A stretch of DNA of 64,000 nucleotides from NCBI GenBank assembly GCA_026396875.1, contig JAPLVY010000004.1:83163-147162 (forward strand), written 5' to 3'. The notes beneath the pieces are model-generated. The model saw only the letters and a program-made list of their open reading frames with translations. It did not search any database and was not told the DNA's origin. The stretch is from Candidatus Falkowbacteria bacterium. Its GTDB lineage: Bacteria; Patescibacteriota; Patescibacteriia; Patescibacteriales; UBA12465. Positions 47,923 through 58,412 of the stretch are shown piece after piece; position 1 is the first letter of the stretch; each line of letters opens with the position of its first letter. The translations under genes were made by a program, and so were the position numbers.

Positions 47923-49194
47923 ATGAATTATAAATTTTTTATTCAGTCTCTGGGCTGTAAGGTTAACCAGTATGACGGGGCTGCTTTGGCAGCAAGTCTG
48001 GAATCTCTGGGTTTTTGTCAATCAGAGCTTGATCCGGATTTGGTTGTTATCAACACCTGCACGGTAACCAAAAACGCTATCGCCAAAGATCGTCAATTAT
48101 TGAATAATCTCAAAAGAAAATATCCAGAAGCCAAGTTAGTGGTAATGGGATGTTGGCCGCAAACGAGCAAAGATAATCTCGGGACTTTTGATAATGAGGG
48201 CATCTTCTGGTGGGGGGTAGGGAGGAATGATGAATTTTTGGCCATGGTTAAGGATTGGTTTTCCTTAAAAGACCAAAGTATTGAGAGTCTCGAAAGTGGC
48301 TTGGCTCTGACCAATGATTGGTCTCGCTATTTTTTGAAGGTTGGTGATGGTTGTAATCAATTTTGTGCTTATTGTCTTATTCCTTATGCTCGTGGAAGAA
48401 TTAAAAGTCGACCACTTGATGAATTAGTTTCTGAGGCAAGACGAGCGATGGAAACTGGTTTGTCGGAGATTGTCCTGGCCGGAATTCACCTTGGTCGCTA
48501 TGGACAAGATTTTCAAGATGGAAAAACCTCTTTAAACAATTTGCTACGCGCCCTTCTTGCGCTGCCCGGCTTGGGAAGGATTCGTTTAAGTTCCATCGAG
48601 ATCAATGAAGTTGACGATGAGCTGGTTTCTCTAATGAAAAATAATTCAAAAATTTGTTGTCACCTACATATTTCCCTGCAATCTGGTTGTGATAAAATCC
48701 TCTCGGCCATGCGCCGCCCCTATGATACTGAATATTTCCGGCAAAGAGTCGATTTAATCAGGCGTGAGCTTCCAGATATGGCGATCACCACCGATATCAT
48801 CGTTGGTTTTCCGGGTGAAGAAGAAAAAGATTTTCTTGATACTGTGGAGTTTTCTCGAGAAATTGGTTTTAGTAAAATTCATGTTTTCCCTTTCTCAGCA
48901 CATGAAAAAACACCAGCTTTTTCCATGGAAAATCAAGTGATTACTAAGGAAATAAAAAGCCGAGCCAAAACACTGAGAGACTTATCTTTAAAAATGGAGG
49001 CAAAGTATCGCCAAGAGATTATCGAGAAATATCAAGGTCAATTATTACCTGTGGTCCTAGAAGCAATTATTGGCAACAAAGCTCGTTTAAAGACGGAATT
49101 CTATTTTGATTTTTTATTGCCACTATCTAGCATTGGTTTTGGCGTGGAAACGGCTGAAAAAAATATTGGTAAGTTGCTCACCATCAAAATCTAA
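47923..49194 (+). CDS. mtaB: tRNA t6A37 methylthiotransferase MtaB
   Basis: LGCKVNQYD, INTCTVT, CNQFCAYC, GIHLG and HVFPFS motifs; probably leaderless (TTGACA-17-TATACT ends 7 nt before the ATG). Confidence 0.9.
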   Translation: MNYKFFIQSLGCKVNQYDGAALAASLESLGFCQSELDPDLVVINTCTVTKNAIAKDRQLLNNLKRKYPEAKLVVMGCWPQTSKDNLGTFDNEGIFWWGVGRNDEFLAMVKDWFSLKDQSIESLESGLALTNDWSRYFLKVGDGCNQFCAYCLIPYARGRIKSRPLDELVSEARRAMETGLSEIVLAGIHLGRYGQDFQDGKTSLNNLLRALLALPGLGRIRLSSIEINEVDDELVSLMKNNSKICCHLHISLQSGCDKILSAMRRPYDTEYFRQRVDLIRRELPDMAITTDIIVGFPGEEEKDFLDTVEFSREIGFSKIHVFPFSAHEKTPAFSMENQVITKEIKSRAKTLRDLSLKMEAKYRQEIIEKYQGQLLPVVLEAIIGNKARLKTEFYFDFLLPLSSIGFGVETAEKNIGKLLTIKI

Positions 49195-49257
49195 ATTCAT
49201 CAAAGTATCATCCTCTTGTTTGTTTTTTTTCTGATTTTAAGCTAAATTAGAGAGAAC

Positions 49258-50583
49258 ATGACTCAAAAAGAAGCATTAGAAATTATCAAGACTGGAGAAA
49301 ATATTTTTCTGACCGGCCCGGCGGGCTGTGGCAAGACTTTTTTATTAAATACTTATTTAAGATTTCTTCAAGAAAATAAAATTGGTGTCGGCGTTACCGC
49401 TTCTACGGGAATTGCCGCCACTCATCTCGATGGGCGCACGATTCATTCTTGGTGTGGTATTGGTATTGAAGACCGCCTTGATCAGCGCAAGCTTAAAAAA
49501 ATTCTTCACAACCGCCAAACCACCGAAAGAGTTCGTAGTTCCAAGGTCTTAATTATCGACGAAATTTCTATGTTAGATGCTCGTCGCTTTGATTTGGTTG
49601 ATACTGTTTGTCGCGCTATTCGTGGCGATTTGCGTCCATTCGGTGGCTTGCAGGTTGTGTTGTGTGGTGACTTTTTTCAATTACCGCCAGTTCGCCAGCA
49701 AGAAAATAATGACGGTGTTATTTTTGAATCGGAAGCTTGGCAAGAATTAAATTTGAGGATTTGTTACCTGGAAGAACAATTTCGTCAGGAGGACAAGCGC
49801 TTTTCTTCAGTTTTAGCTAGTATCAGAGCCAATCAAAACCTAGAAGATTCGCTAGCTATTTTAGCGGAAAGGTTGGAAGCAGAATTGGATTTTCCATTAT
49901 CGCCAACCAAACTTTTTACTCATAATCAGAAAGTTGATACTCACAATACCTGGGAGCTTGAGAAATTAACCACTCCTTCTCGTTTTTATGAGATGCAGGT
50001 TTCCGGCCCGGCTAATTTGATTAAAAAAATCAAGGACGGCTGTTTGGCGCCAGAAAAACTGGAACTTAAATCTGGAGCGGTGGTGATGTTTGTCCGCAAT
50101 AATTTTGTTCGCGGTTTTGTTAATGGCACTATTGGGGAAATTGTCGCTTTTGATGGCGAGGGCTTCCCAATTGTTAAAACTTTACGCGGTAATCTGATTT
50201 CCGCTCGACCGGAAACTTGGCGTATTGGTGAAGGAGATGAGGTACTTGCTTCATTGTCGCAGGTTCCACTCAGGCTAGCCTGGGCAATAACTGTTCATAA
50301 AAGCCAAGGAATGAGTTTGGATTGTGCCGAGATTGACCTGAGCCGCTCCTTTGAATTTGGTATGGGCTATGTCGCTCTCTCTAGGGTGAGATCTCTTGCC
50401 GGTATTCGTTTGCTGGGTATTAATCAATTAGCTCTTCAAGTTGATCAAAGAGTCATTAGTCTCGATCAAAAATTACGCCAAAAATCAAAAGAAGATTTGT
50501 CTTGGTTTAAGTCCTTAAAACTCAAGGACAAGAAAAAGCTTTTCGAAAAACTTCTTTCGCCGTCTAACGATAGTTTGTTATAA
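49258..50583 (+). CDS. PIF1-family (SF1B) DNA helicase
   Basis: TGPAGCGKT, IIDEISM, PFGGLQVVLCGDFFQLPPV, WAITVHKSQGMSL and YVALSR motifs. Confidence 0.93.
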   Translation: MTQKEALEIIKTGENIFLTGPAGCGKTFLLNTYLRFLQENKIGVGVTASTGIAATHLDGRTIHSWCGIGIEDRLDQRKLKKILHNRQTTERVRSSKVLIIDEISMLDARRFDLVDTVCRAIRGDLRPFGGLQVVLCGDFFQLPPVRQQENNDGVIFESEAWQELNLRICYLEEQFRQEDKRFSSVLASIRANQNLEDSLAILAERLEAELDFPLSPTKLFTHNQKVDTHNTWELEKLTTPSRFYEMQVSGPANLIKKIKDGCLAPEKLELKSGAVVMFVRNNFVRGFVNGTIGEIVAFDGEGFPIVKTLRGNLISARPETWRIGEGDEVLASLSQVPLRLAWAITVHKSQGMSLDCAEIDLSRSFEFGMGYVALSRVRSLAGIRLLGINQLALQVDQRVISLDQKLRQKSKEDLSWFKSLKLKDKKKLFEKLLSPSNDSLL

Positions 50584-50592
50584 TCGATATAT

Positions 50593-51363
50593 ATGTTTAA
50601 TTTGCCTCAGAAAAAACTCAGACGTTTATTGATGTTGGTAGTTTATATTATCCTGTCCTGTCTTTTTGTTTATATATTTAAGCCAGTCTACTTGCTATCA
50701 ATCTTAATCGTTCTATTACCCCCCTCTTTGGCAAATTTTTTCTGGCTTAAAAAATCTCGAGGGAAAATATTGTGGTTTTCTCTTTTGACCACTTTAATAT
50801 TTGCTCCACCAGTGGAGCTGACCGCCAGGCTAGCTAACGCTTGGGATGTCCAGTCAATTTTGCCGCGCATTCTGGGGATTGCGCCGACTGAAAATTTGTT
50901 GTTCGCATTTTTTAACTTTTTCTGGGTTCTTTGCTTTTACGAGTATTTTAGTGATGGCGATACTAGCGCCAAAATATCCCCTCGTTTGCGTTGGTTAGTT
51001 CTGGGCTATTGTTTGTTGGCAGCGACAATCTTCTCCCTCTTTTTTATTAACCAAGAGTTGATGGCCTTAAATTATGCGACCTTGGCAGTAATAATTTTGC
51101 TCGTTCCTGGAATAATTATTTTTAGCCTCAAGCCTCTGCTTCTAAAAAAAATCGGCCTCACAACTATTTTCTTTGCCCTGCTATTTTTTATGTATGAAGT
51201 AGTTTCTATGTTAATCGGCAGTTGGTGGTGGCCGGGGAACTATCTTTTACCAATTAAGATTTTCGGCCTGATTTTCCCGCTGGACGATGTGATCATCTGG
51301 TATTTAATCTCCACGCCAGTACTTATTGGCGGCTATGAGTTTTTTGTTGATGATGGTCATTAG
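50593..51363 (+). CDS. Polytopic membrane protein with two lycopene-cyclase-domain-like repeats
   Basis: Internal duplication ending ...W...GIAPTENLLF and ...WW...IFPLDDVIIW, resembling the P-x-E-[ED] motif. Confidence 0.55.
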   Translation: MFNLPQKKLRRLLMLVVYIILSCLFVYIFKPVYLLSILIVLLPPSLANFFWLKKSRGKILWFSLLTTLIFAPPVELTARLANAWDVQSILPRILGIAPTENLLFAFFNFFWVLCFYEYFSDGDTSAKISPRLRWLVLGYCLLAATIFSLFFINQELMALNYATLAVIILLVPGIIIFSLKPLLLKKIGLTTIFFALLFFMYEVVSMLIGSWWWPGNYLLPIKIFGLIFPLDDVIIWYLISTPVLIGGYEFFVDDGH

Positions 51364-51422
51364 TATCTCTTCAAATTATTGAAAATTAAAAAAGACAATC
51401 TTGATGATTGTCTTTTGTTTTT

Positions 51423-52136
51423 TTAGTCTTTGTCAGCCAAGGCTAAGATTTTTTCAGCGAGGATGTTGTTCCATTTTTCAACATTTTCTTTGGTTTCTGG
51501 TCCATCAACAGTGAATCCTTCGCCAATTCTGATTTGGAATTTGCGCCAAAAGCGAGGAATAATCTTGTCGCGAGGCAGAACTTTATCAGTGCCTTTTACG
51601 TAAACCGGCACTATAGTAGCACCGGTTTGGAAGGCCAAACGCACTACTCGTGGTTTTAGTCTTCTTAGCGGGTGACCATTTTTTGAATACAGCATCTCCT
51701 CCGGCCTTCCAGTACTGGTTCTGCCACCTTCGGGATGAATGATGAGCGCCCGGCCTTTTTTTAATAGGCGAACCAGTTCGTCAAAGGCCGCGAGACAACC
51801 CTTGGAGTCTCCCCGCGGGAAGAAAACAAAACGTTCCTTGAAGATAGTCCACCAGATATTATTAAAATTTTTCATATCGGGGGCGCTATAGGGAAACCAC
51901 TTGAAGGGGTTAATGATCATTCGCCAAATGAACAAGTAGCCAAGAGGCACTGGTTCAAACATGGAGGGATGGTTAGCTACTAGGATTAGGCCATTTTTTA
52001 TATTTTTGGGAAGAAATTTCTTGCCAATTATTTTCATTCTTCCGGATACCTGTAAGGTTCCGAAGAAGCCGATTCCCAGGACAATTATGGCTATATAAAG
52101 AAATAGCCAAAAGAACAGAAAATTTAATGCTTCCAT
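51423..52136 (-). CDS. Lysophospholipid (PlsC-like) acyltransferase
   Basis: ANHPSMFE (NHxxxx[DE]), HPEGGRT and IVPV motifs. Confidence 0.85.
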   Translation of the reverse strand: MEALNFLFFWLFLYIAIIVLGIGFFGTLQVSGRMKIIGKKFLPKNIKNGLILVANHPSMFEPVPLGYLFIWRMIINPFKWFPYSAPDMKNFNNIWWTIFKERFVFFPRGDSKGCLAAFDELVRLLKKGRALIIHPEGGRTSTGRPEEMLYSKNGHPLRRLKPRVVRLAFQTGATIVPVYVKGTDKVLPRDKIIPRFWRKFQIRIGEGFTVDGPETKENVEKWNNILAEKILALADKD

Positions 52137-52225
52137 GATTATGGTTTTTGTGATTATTTTAAAGATCGTTTAGATGTGCCAATAAATTAGCAGAAAAATC
52201 AGTTTTTCGCAAGCACTCCTTGTTT

Positions 52226-53398
52226 CTATTGAGATTTATTTTTTGAGACTACCCCCATAATTTTATCGCTCAAAAAATGTGAAAATTTAATTGATTTCCT
52301 ATCTACTAATCGGTAGAAAAGGGAAGAGGTTATAAATATGACAATCATTGATAAGATGAAGGTGACCAAGAAACTGAAATCATAAGGCAGGAAATTTTTC
52401 AGCTGTAAAAATAAATAACTAGAGAATGAGCAGATAATTATCAGATGGATAAGGTACATGGAGAAAGATATTTTTCCCAAAAAATAAAAATATTTATTTT
52501 CTAATACCTTTTGAATTTTCTCCGAAGACAAAAGTGCGAGCATGATCATTAGAGCGCCAATGGTGTGTAGAATTATAAACAATTCCTTGGTTTCAATTAT
52601 TCTTAGGAAGGCGTAGCTTGTTCCGTCAATTGGGATTTGGCTCGGATATGATCCGAGAAATATGCCCAAGATTATTAGTGAGTAAATAATTATTTTTTTA
52701 TTTTTTATTTTTTCTAAGTGATACTTATAATTGGCCTCCAGATCGCTAAGCATGATGCCAAGCAAGAAGGCCCAGTAATAACTTCGAAACAGTATCAAAG
52801 AAAATAAAAGGTAGAGCGGGTAACGTTTTTTCGTTTGACCGAAGAAACCGATAAAACCAAAAACCATCATCGAACCAAAGAATTCATAAGTCATTGTCCA
52901 CAATACAATATTGTAGCTGCTCTGATGTTGGAATAATGAGCCGACGAAGGCTTGTTTTATTATCTTTAGAAAATCAGGAGAACTTGAAAAAAGATTTTCA
53001 AACCACCTTGAACCGCTAATCGGGCCGACCGCCTGGTTGCTAAACCAGTTGAAGCTTGCGAATATGAAAACTAGGAGTAGGGAAGAGAGAACAGGAACAA
53101 GCAGTCTCGGATAACGCTTTATGGCCCCGGAAATGGCTATGTTTGATTTTTTTTCGTGGAAAAATTTTCGACTCAAAACGTAGCCACTAAGAACGAAAAA
53201 TATACAGACAGCAAAATTACCGTTATAGAAAATATTAAAGACTGATCCAGCGATAAAAATTTGGAATGGATTCTTTAAATTTTCTGGTGTTGCTAGGCCG
53301 AAATATAGGGCAGGGTAAAAGGCGGTAAAAAAATGGTTGAACACCACCATCAGTGCCGCTACGCCACGCAGTCCATCGAGATATTTGATCTTTGGCAT
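52226..53398 (-). CDS. Acyltransferase-3 (OafA-like) membrane O-acyltransferase
   Basis: LDGLRGVAA..V...H, FFVLSGYVL, KRYPRL, WTMTYE and GKISFSMYLIH motifs. Confidence 0.92.
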   Translation of the reverse strand: MPKIKYLDGLRGVAALMVVFNHFFTAFYPALYFGLATPENLKNPFQIFIAGSVFNIFYNGNFAVCIFFVLSGYVLSRKFFHEKKSNIAISGAIKRYPRLLVPVLSSLLLVFIFASFNWFSNQAVGPISGSRWFENLFSSSPDFLKIIKQAFVGSLFQHQSSYNIVLWTMTYEFFGSMMVFGFIGFFGQTKKRYPLYLLFSLILFRSYYWAFLLGIMLSDLEANYKYHLEKIKNKKIIIYSLIILGIFLGSYPSQIPIDGTSYAFLRIIETKELFIILHTIGALMIMLALLSSEKIQKVLENKYFYFLGKISFSMYLIHLIIICSFSSYLFLQLKNFLPYDFSFLVTFILSMIVIFITSSLFYRLVDRKSIKFSHFLSDKIMGVVSKNKSQ

Positions 53399-53570
53399 TT
53401 TTAATTTTTCAGTAATTTTCGTTATATTATTTTATTTTACCATCGATATTGACTAAAAGTAAATTAGCATCTTAATATTTATAGCTTGAAGCGATGGTGT
53501 TTATTCAAAATTATTTTATTATGATATAATATATATCAATAGATTTTTGATTTATTTTTTTATTTCCTTT

Positions 53571-54092
53571 GTGTTTAGAAAGAATAATCATCCAGGGTTT
53601 ACGCTAATAGAGTTATTGGTAGTAATCGCTATCGTTGGTTTACTTGCGACAATTTCAATTGTTTCGCTTGGTTCAATGCGCGCAAAAGCTAGGGACGCCA
53701 AGAGGGTTGCGGATATGAGACAGCTAAGAACAGCCCTTGAGATGTATTATCTCGAGAGGGGGGATTATCCATCTCAGCAGATTACTTTGAGCGAGGAGAG
53801 CTCCTCCTACAATGCCCCTTTTTGCTTACAGGCCAGCACTGTTGGTTTTGCATATAAACCTTGCAATACGGCTAGTGGCACAATATTTATGGCAGCCGTT
53901 CCAATGCCGCCCAGCCCTGCAGACGGTTCTTGCAAGGCAATGAATGATTATGGATTTGACGATGGAATTTCCAAGAATTATTACTATTATATTAAGGGCA
54001 CCAATACTTACACCATTCAGTTTTGTCTCGGATCTTCTGTGGGAGGACTAGCCGCCGGTTTTCATACTTCTACTCCGAGCGGTATCCAATAA
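53571..54092 (+). CDS. GspG-like/type IV pilin
   Basis: GFTLIELLVVIAIVGLLA...KARDAKR..D...L..ALE.YY...YP; start uncertain. Confidence 0.92.
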   Translation: MFRKNNHPGFTLIELLVVIAIVGLLATISIVSLGSMRAKARDAKRVADMRQLRTALEMYYLERGDYPSQQITLSEESSSYNAPFCLQASTVGFAYKPCNTASGTIFMAAVPMPPSPADGSCKAMNDYGFDDGISKNYYYYIKGTNTYTIQFCLGSSVGGLAAGFHTSTPSGIQ

Positions 54093-54124
54093 CGTTTTCA
54101 CTTATAATTAAATTTTATAAAATT

Positions 54125-54448
54125 ATGGAAAATAAAATTAATCAAAATTTCTTAAAGATTATTTCATTGGCTATGTTAGTTGGAGCGGTTGCTTTTTCTT
54201 TTTCCTCGTCTAATCTGCCCTTTGCTTATTATCAGGTGATGAACTGGTTTGTTTTGGGGGCAGTCTTTTTTCTTGCTTGGAGCAATTTTCGTTCAGGGAG
54301 AATTTGGCTTGCTTGGCTAGCGGTTGTCGTCGGAATTTTCTTTAACCCAATTAATCCCATATATTTAAACGCTCTTTCCTGGCAGATTCTAGACGGTTTG
54401 GCTATTGTTGTTTTTTCTCTATCTTTTTTTATCAACAAGAAGAGATAA
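54125..54448 (+). CDS. Small membrane protein (DUF6804-like)
   Basis: PFAYYQ...FNPINPIYL....WQILD pattern; four TM helices. Confidence 0.65.
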   Translation: MENKINQNFLKIISLAMLVGAVAFSFSSSNLPFAYYQVMNWFVLGAVFFLAWSNFRSGRIWLAWLAVVVGIFFNPINPIYLNALSWQILDGLAIVVFSLSFFINKKR

Positions 54449-54530
54449 TTCGGAATTAATTATTCTTTCTTGGTTAACAAAAAACCGCCAGAAGCGGTTT
54501 TTTGTTATTGTAATCTTTTTTTACAGTTCG

Positions 54531-56117
54531 TTACTCAGCACATAGAGCATAAGGAGTGAGTGTAGCTGTTTGTGAGCCACCACCGTATACAACCACGGCG
54601 GAAGTAATCCAAGTATTGCCATCAGCACCTGGATATGAGGCAGACAATAATACGTTCCTTTTGGATCCATTAGTGTCGATGGTTGCGCCACCGCTAAGAA
54701 GGATTTTATTGCCACAAGAAACGGACGCAGTAATCTCCGTACTTGGCAGAGAAGCATCAGCTACCACTGGTGTTCCGGTAACTCTGGTTACTCCGCTGAT
54801 CATACCTTGGATACCTTGAGGACCTTGTGGTCCAGCGACGCCAGTATCACCCTTATCACCCTTTTCACCTTGGATGCCCTTCTCTCCTTGAGGACCAGTT
54901 GCACCAGTATCACCTTTGTCGCCCTTATCACCCTTTTCGCCTTGGATACCTTGGGCTCCTTGAGGACCGGTGGCTCCAGTGAGACCGGTTAGACCTTGTG
55001 GGCCGGTAGCACCAGTATCTCCCTTGTCACCCTTTTCACCTTGAATACCTTGAGCCCCTTGTGGGCCAGTGGCTCCAGTATCACCTTTTTCGCCAGTAAG
55101 TCCCTGGGGACCGGCAGCTCCGGTGTCGCCTTTTTCACCTTGAATACCCTGAGCACCAGTTGCTCCAGTGAGTCCGGTTGCGCCAGTTTCACCTTTTTCG
55201 CCCTGGACGCCTTGAGCACCTTGAGTGCCAGTAGCGCCAGTGTCACCTTTCTCTCCCTGAGCACCAGTAGCACCAATTGCTCCAGTTAAGCCTGTGTCAC
55301 CCTTTTCGCCCTGAATACCTTGAGGACCAGTAGCACCAGTTAAGCCTGTGTCACCCTTTTCGCCCTGGGCGCCAGTTGCTCCAGTAAGACCAATTGGACC
55401 TTGAGGACCGGTTGCGCCAGTGTCACCTTTTTCTCCTTGGATACCTTGAGGACCAGTTAAACCAATTGGTCCCTGAGCACCAGTAACTCCAGTGTCGCCC
55501 TTCTCTCCTTGAGCACCAGTTGCTCCAGTAAGACCAGTTGCACCAGTATCACCTTTTTCACCTTGAATACCTTGAGCACCAGTGGCACCAGTAGCGCCAG
55601 TGTCACCTTTCTCTCCTTGAGAACCAGTGGCACCGGTTGCTCCGGTAAGACCAGTTGCACCAGTATCACCCTTTTCACCTTGAATACCTTGGGCACCTTG
55701 AGGACCGGTAGCTCCAGTTAAGCCGATTGGACCTTGAGGACCAACAAGACCTTTGTCACCCTTTTCTCCTTTATTTCCTTTTTCGCCTCTAAAACCTCTT
55801 TGGCCTTGAAGACCCATAAATCCTCTATCGCCCTTTTCGCCATCTTCACCTTTCGGACCACGTAGTCCTTGAGGACCGGTAAGTCCTTGTGGGCCAGCAG
55901 CGCCAGTTAGTCCCCGGGGACCGATTGGACCGGCAGGACCTTGAGGACCAGCGGGACCTTGAGGACCGACTGCTCCGATACAAGTACCGTTACAGTTACC
56001 GTTACCATTGTTTGTATTGCCATTAGCGCTAACATAGTTAGCCGTGAGCAAAATGCCGGCGGAAAACAATATCACACCGCTAAAAGCGTAAGCTAATTTG
56101 TTGATATTTTTTTTCAT
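54531..56117 (-). CDS. Secreted collagen-like protein (~130 Gly-X-Y triplets)
   Basis: Signal peptide, uninterrupted GXY run at ~54807-55976, Cys-flanked C-terminal domain. Confidence 0.93.
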   Translation of the reverse strand: MKKNINKLAYAFSGVILFSAGILLTANYVSANGNTNNGNGNCNGTCIGAVGPQGPAGPQGPAGPIGPRGLTGAAGPQGLTGPQGLRGPKGEDGEKGDRGFMGLQGQRGFRGEKGNKGEKGDKGLVGPQGPIGLTGATGPQGAQGIQGEKGDTGATGLTGATGATGSQGEKGDTGATGATGAQGIQGEKGDTGATGLTGATGAQGEKGDTGVTGAQGPIGLTGPQGIQGEKGDTGATGPQGPIGLTGATGAQGEKGDTGLTGATGPQGIQGEKGDTGLTGAIGATGAQGEKGDTGATGTQGAQGVQGEKGETGATGLTGATGAQGIQGEKGDTGAAGPQGLTGEKGDTGATGPQGAQGIQGEKGDKGDTGATGPQGLTGLTGATGPQGAQGIQGEKGDKGDKGDTGATGPQGEKGIQGEKGDKGDTGVAGPQGPQGIQGMISGVTRVTGTPVVADASLPSTEITASVSCGNKILLSGGATIDTNGSKRNVLLSASYPGADGNTWITSAVVVYGGGSQTATLTPYALCAE

Positions 56118-56361
56118 ATTTTTTTAAGAGTTTTTATTTTAAAAATAATTAACCGCCACCTCTCGACCTTTAAGGAGTGTTTTTCGGTTTTTTATATTAT
56201 ACAACACATCGCTTCAAAGTTGTAGATATATCACCCAGAGGTTGATCAAATTTTTTATTTTCGTTTTTATTCCTGTTTATTAAACTCAGCAAATACTGTT
56301 ACAATTTTTTTTAAAATGTTATATACTAGTAAAGTATTGTCAGAGTAATTATTTTTTTGGT

Positions 56362-56739
56362 ATGCCGGCAAAAGTAGTGAAAAAAAGAATTCTTGTAATT
56401 GAAGATGAAAAACCCCTAGCCCGGGCCCTTGAGCTGAAACTTGTTCATGAGGGTTTTGAGGTGCTTGGCGCTGCAAATGGTGAGATTGCCATTTCACTTT
56501 TGACCTCTGATAAATTTTCTCTGGTTATTTGTGATTTGATTATGCCAAAAGTAGACGGCTTTCAGGTTCTGGAATTTATTCGTGATCAAAAAATCAAGAC
56601 ACCAGTAATCATTCTCACCAATCTCAGTCAGTCGGAAGATGAGAAGCGAGTTCGCGCACTTGGTGCTAGCGAATTTTTTGTAAAATCAAACACCTCCATT
56701 CTCAAAATAATTGAACATGTCAAAGAGAAAGTCAGTTAA
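56362..56739 (+). CDS. Single-domain response regulator (receiver)
   Basis: ILVIEDE...CDLIMPKVDG...LTNL...FVKS. Confidence 0.92.
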   Translation: MPAKVVKKRILVIEDEKPLARALELKLVHEGFEVLGAANGEIAISLLTSDKFSLVICDLIMPKVDGFQVLEFIRDQKIKTPVIILTNLSQSEDEKRVRALGASEFFVKSNTSILKIIEHVKEKVS

Positions 56740-56750
56740 ATATTTTTTAT

Positions 56751-58403
56751 ATGAATATTAGCAATCAAAATCTAGCTGATGTCCTATTAAAGGGCAACTA
56801 TATTGTGGCTGATGATTTAAAAAAATTCGTTTCCTTCTCAAAAAATCACAATATTTCTTTTCGAGATTATCTTATCGGAGAGGGCTTAGTTTCTGATGAC
56901 CTTATTGGCCAGGCAATTGCCGAATTTCTAAATGTACCCTACTTGGATCTCAAATCTTATCCGGTTAGCAGAGAGCAGGTAAACTTAATTCCGGAGGCAA
57001 CTGCCAGAAAATATCGTGTTGCTATTTTTTCAGCGGAAGATAAAAAACTAGTGCTCGCGACCGATAGTCCGGAGAACAAGGAGCTATTGCCGGAGATGAA
57101 GAAATTATTTCCGGGGACTAAAATCAGCTTGGGTTATGCCCTGGCATCTTCCATTGATGAGCTTTTTGTCTACTATCAAAAATCATTAGTCACCAGGTTT
57201 TCTAAAATTATTGAGAAGAAAGAGCGAATTGCTCCGGAGTTGCTGGAAGAAATATTTGAAGACGCGATTGCTTTCAAGGCCTCTGATATTCACTTTGAAC
57301 CTCAGCTAAAAAATGTCGTAATCAGATTTCGGGTTGATGGAGTTTTGCATGAGGCGGGAAGGATACCAAAAGAGTATTACGAGAATATTCTTAATCGTAT
57401 TAAAGTCAAATGCGGACTTCGTATTGATGAACATTTTTCTGCTCAAGACGGCTCTTTGCGCTACGAGAATAACGAAACAGTGGTTGATATGAGAGCCTCG
57501 ATAGTTCCCACCGTTGAAGGCGAAAAAGTTGTTTTGAGAGTTCTCGCTGCTTATGTTCAAGGACTTAATTTCGTCGACATCGGACTTTCTTCAAAATACC
57601 AAGAAATGCTTTCCGAGGCCTCAAAAAAGCCTTTTGGTATGATTTTAGTAGTTGGTCCCACGGGGTCAGGTAAGACCACCACCCTCTATGTATTGCTAAA
57701 GATTCTTAATAATTCCGATTCGAATATTACTACTATTGAAGATCCGGTAGAATATAAGATTCAGGGGATCAATCAGATTCAAGTCAATACGCAAACCAAT
57801 CTCACTTTTGCCAGCGGCCTCAGATCAATTGTGCGCCAAGATCCAGACACTATTTTAGTCGGAGAAGTCAGAGATAATGAAACGGCAGAAATCGCGATCA
57901 ATGCCGCCCTTACTGGCCATTTATTGCTTTCCACTTTTCATGCCAATGATGCCGCCACTGCTGTGCCACGCTTGGTTGATATGGGGGTGGAGCCGTTTCT
58001 TTTGGCTTCAACATTAGAAGTGATTATTGCACAGAGATTGGTAAGAAAAATTTGCGATAATTGTCGTTATAGTATTACTTTGAACAAAAGTTTTTTTGAT
58101 AATCCAAAATTTAAACCGGTCGCGGAATACTTTAAGGGCGTAAAAACTCTTTATGGTTGCAAAGGCTGCGAGTCTTGCGGACACACTGGATATAAGGGGC
58201 GGACAGCAATCTTTGAATTTATTTCCGTGACCCCGGAACTCCAGGAGTTAATTTCCAAGAAGCCGTCTTCCCAGGAAATTTGGAAAAGGGCACGACTTGA
58301 TGGTTCACAGTCACTTTTCGAAGATGGAGTTCTAAAAGTAAAAAATGGTGTCACTACCATTGAAGAGTTGCTTCGCGTGGCCGAGCCTCCAAAAAAAATA
58401 TAA
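56751..58403 (+). CDS. pilB: Type IV pilus/T2SS assembly ATPase (PilB/GspE)
   Basis: ASDIHFEP, GPTGSGKTTT, TIEDPVEY, RQDPDTILVGEVRD, TGHLLLSTFH and tetracysteine motifs. Confidence 0.95.
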   Translation: MNISNQNLADVLLKGNYIVADDLKKFVSFSKNHNISFRDYLIGEGLVSDDLIGQAIAEFLNVPYLDLKSYPVSREQVNLIPEATARKYRVAIFSAEDKKLVLATDSPENKELLPEMKKLFPGTKISLGYALASSIDELFVYYQKSLVTRFSKIIEKKERIAPELLEEIFEDAIAFKASDIHFEPQLKNVVIRFRVDGVLHEAGRIPKEYYENILNRIKVKCGLRIDEHFSAQDGSLRYENNETVVDMRASIVPTVEGEKVVLRVLAAYVQGLNFVDIGLSSKYQEMLSEASKKPFGMILVVGPTGSGKTTTLYVLLKILNNSDSNITTIEDPVEYKIQGINQIQVNTQTNLTFASGLRSIVRQDPDTILVGEVRDNETAEIAINAALTGHLLLSTFHANDAATAVPRLVDMGVEPFLLASTLEVIIAQRLVRKICDNCRYSITLNKSFFDNPKFKPVAEYFKGVKTLYGCKGCESCGHTGYKGRTAIFEFISVTPELQELISKKPSSQEIWKRARLDGSQSLFEDGVLKVKNGVTTIEELLRVAEPPKKI

Positions 58404-58412
58404 AACCAAAAT

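Noticed and set aside
54807..55976. Dense nucleotide repeats and alternative-frame ORFs in the collagen gene
   Set aside because: Explained by Gly-X-Y coding; not an array or separate genes.
55980..56030. AAC/AAT-rich stretch as a possible DGR template repeat
   Set aside because: Encodes NGNTNNGNGNCNG in the collagen protein and does not align with the variable region at 39478-39594.
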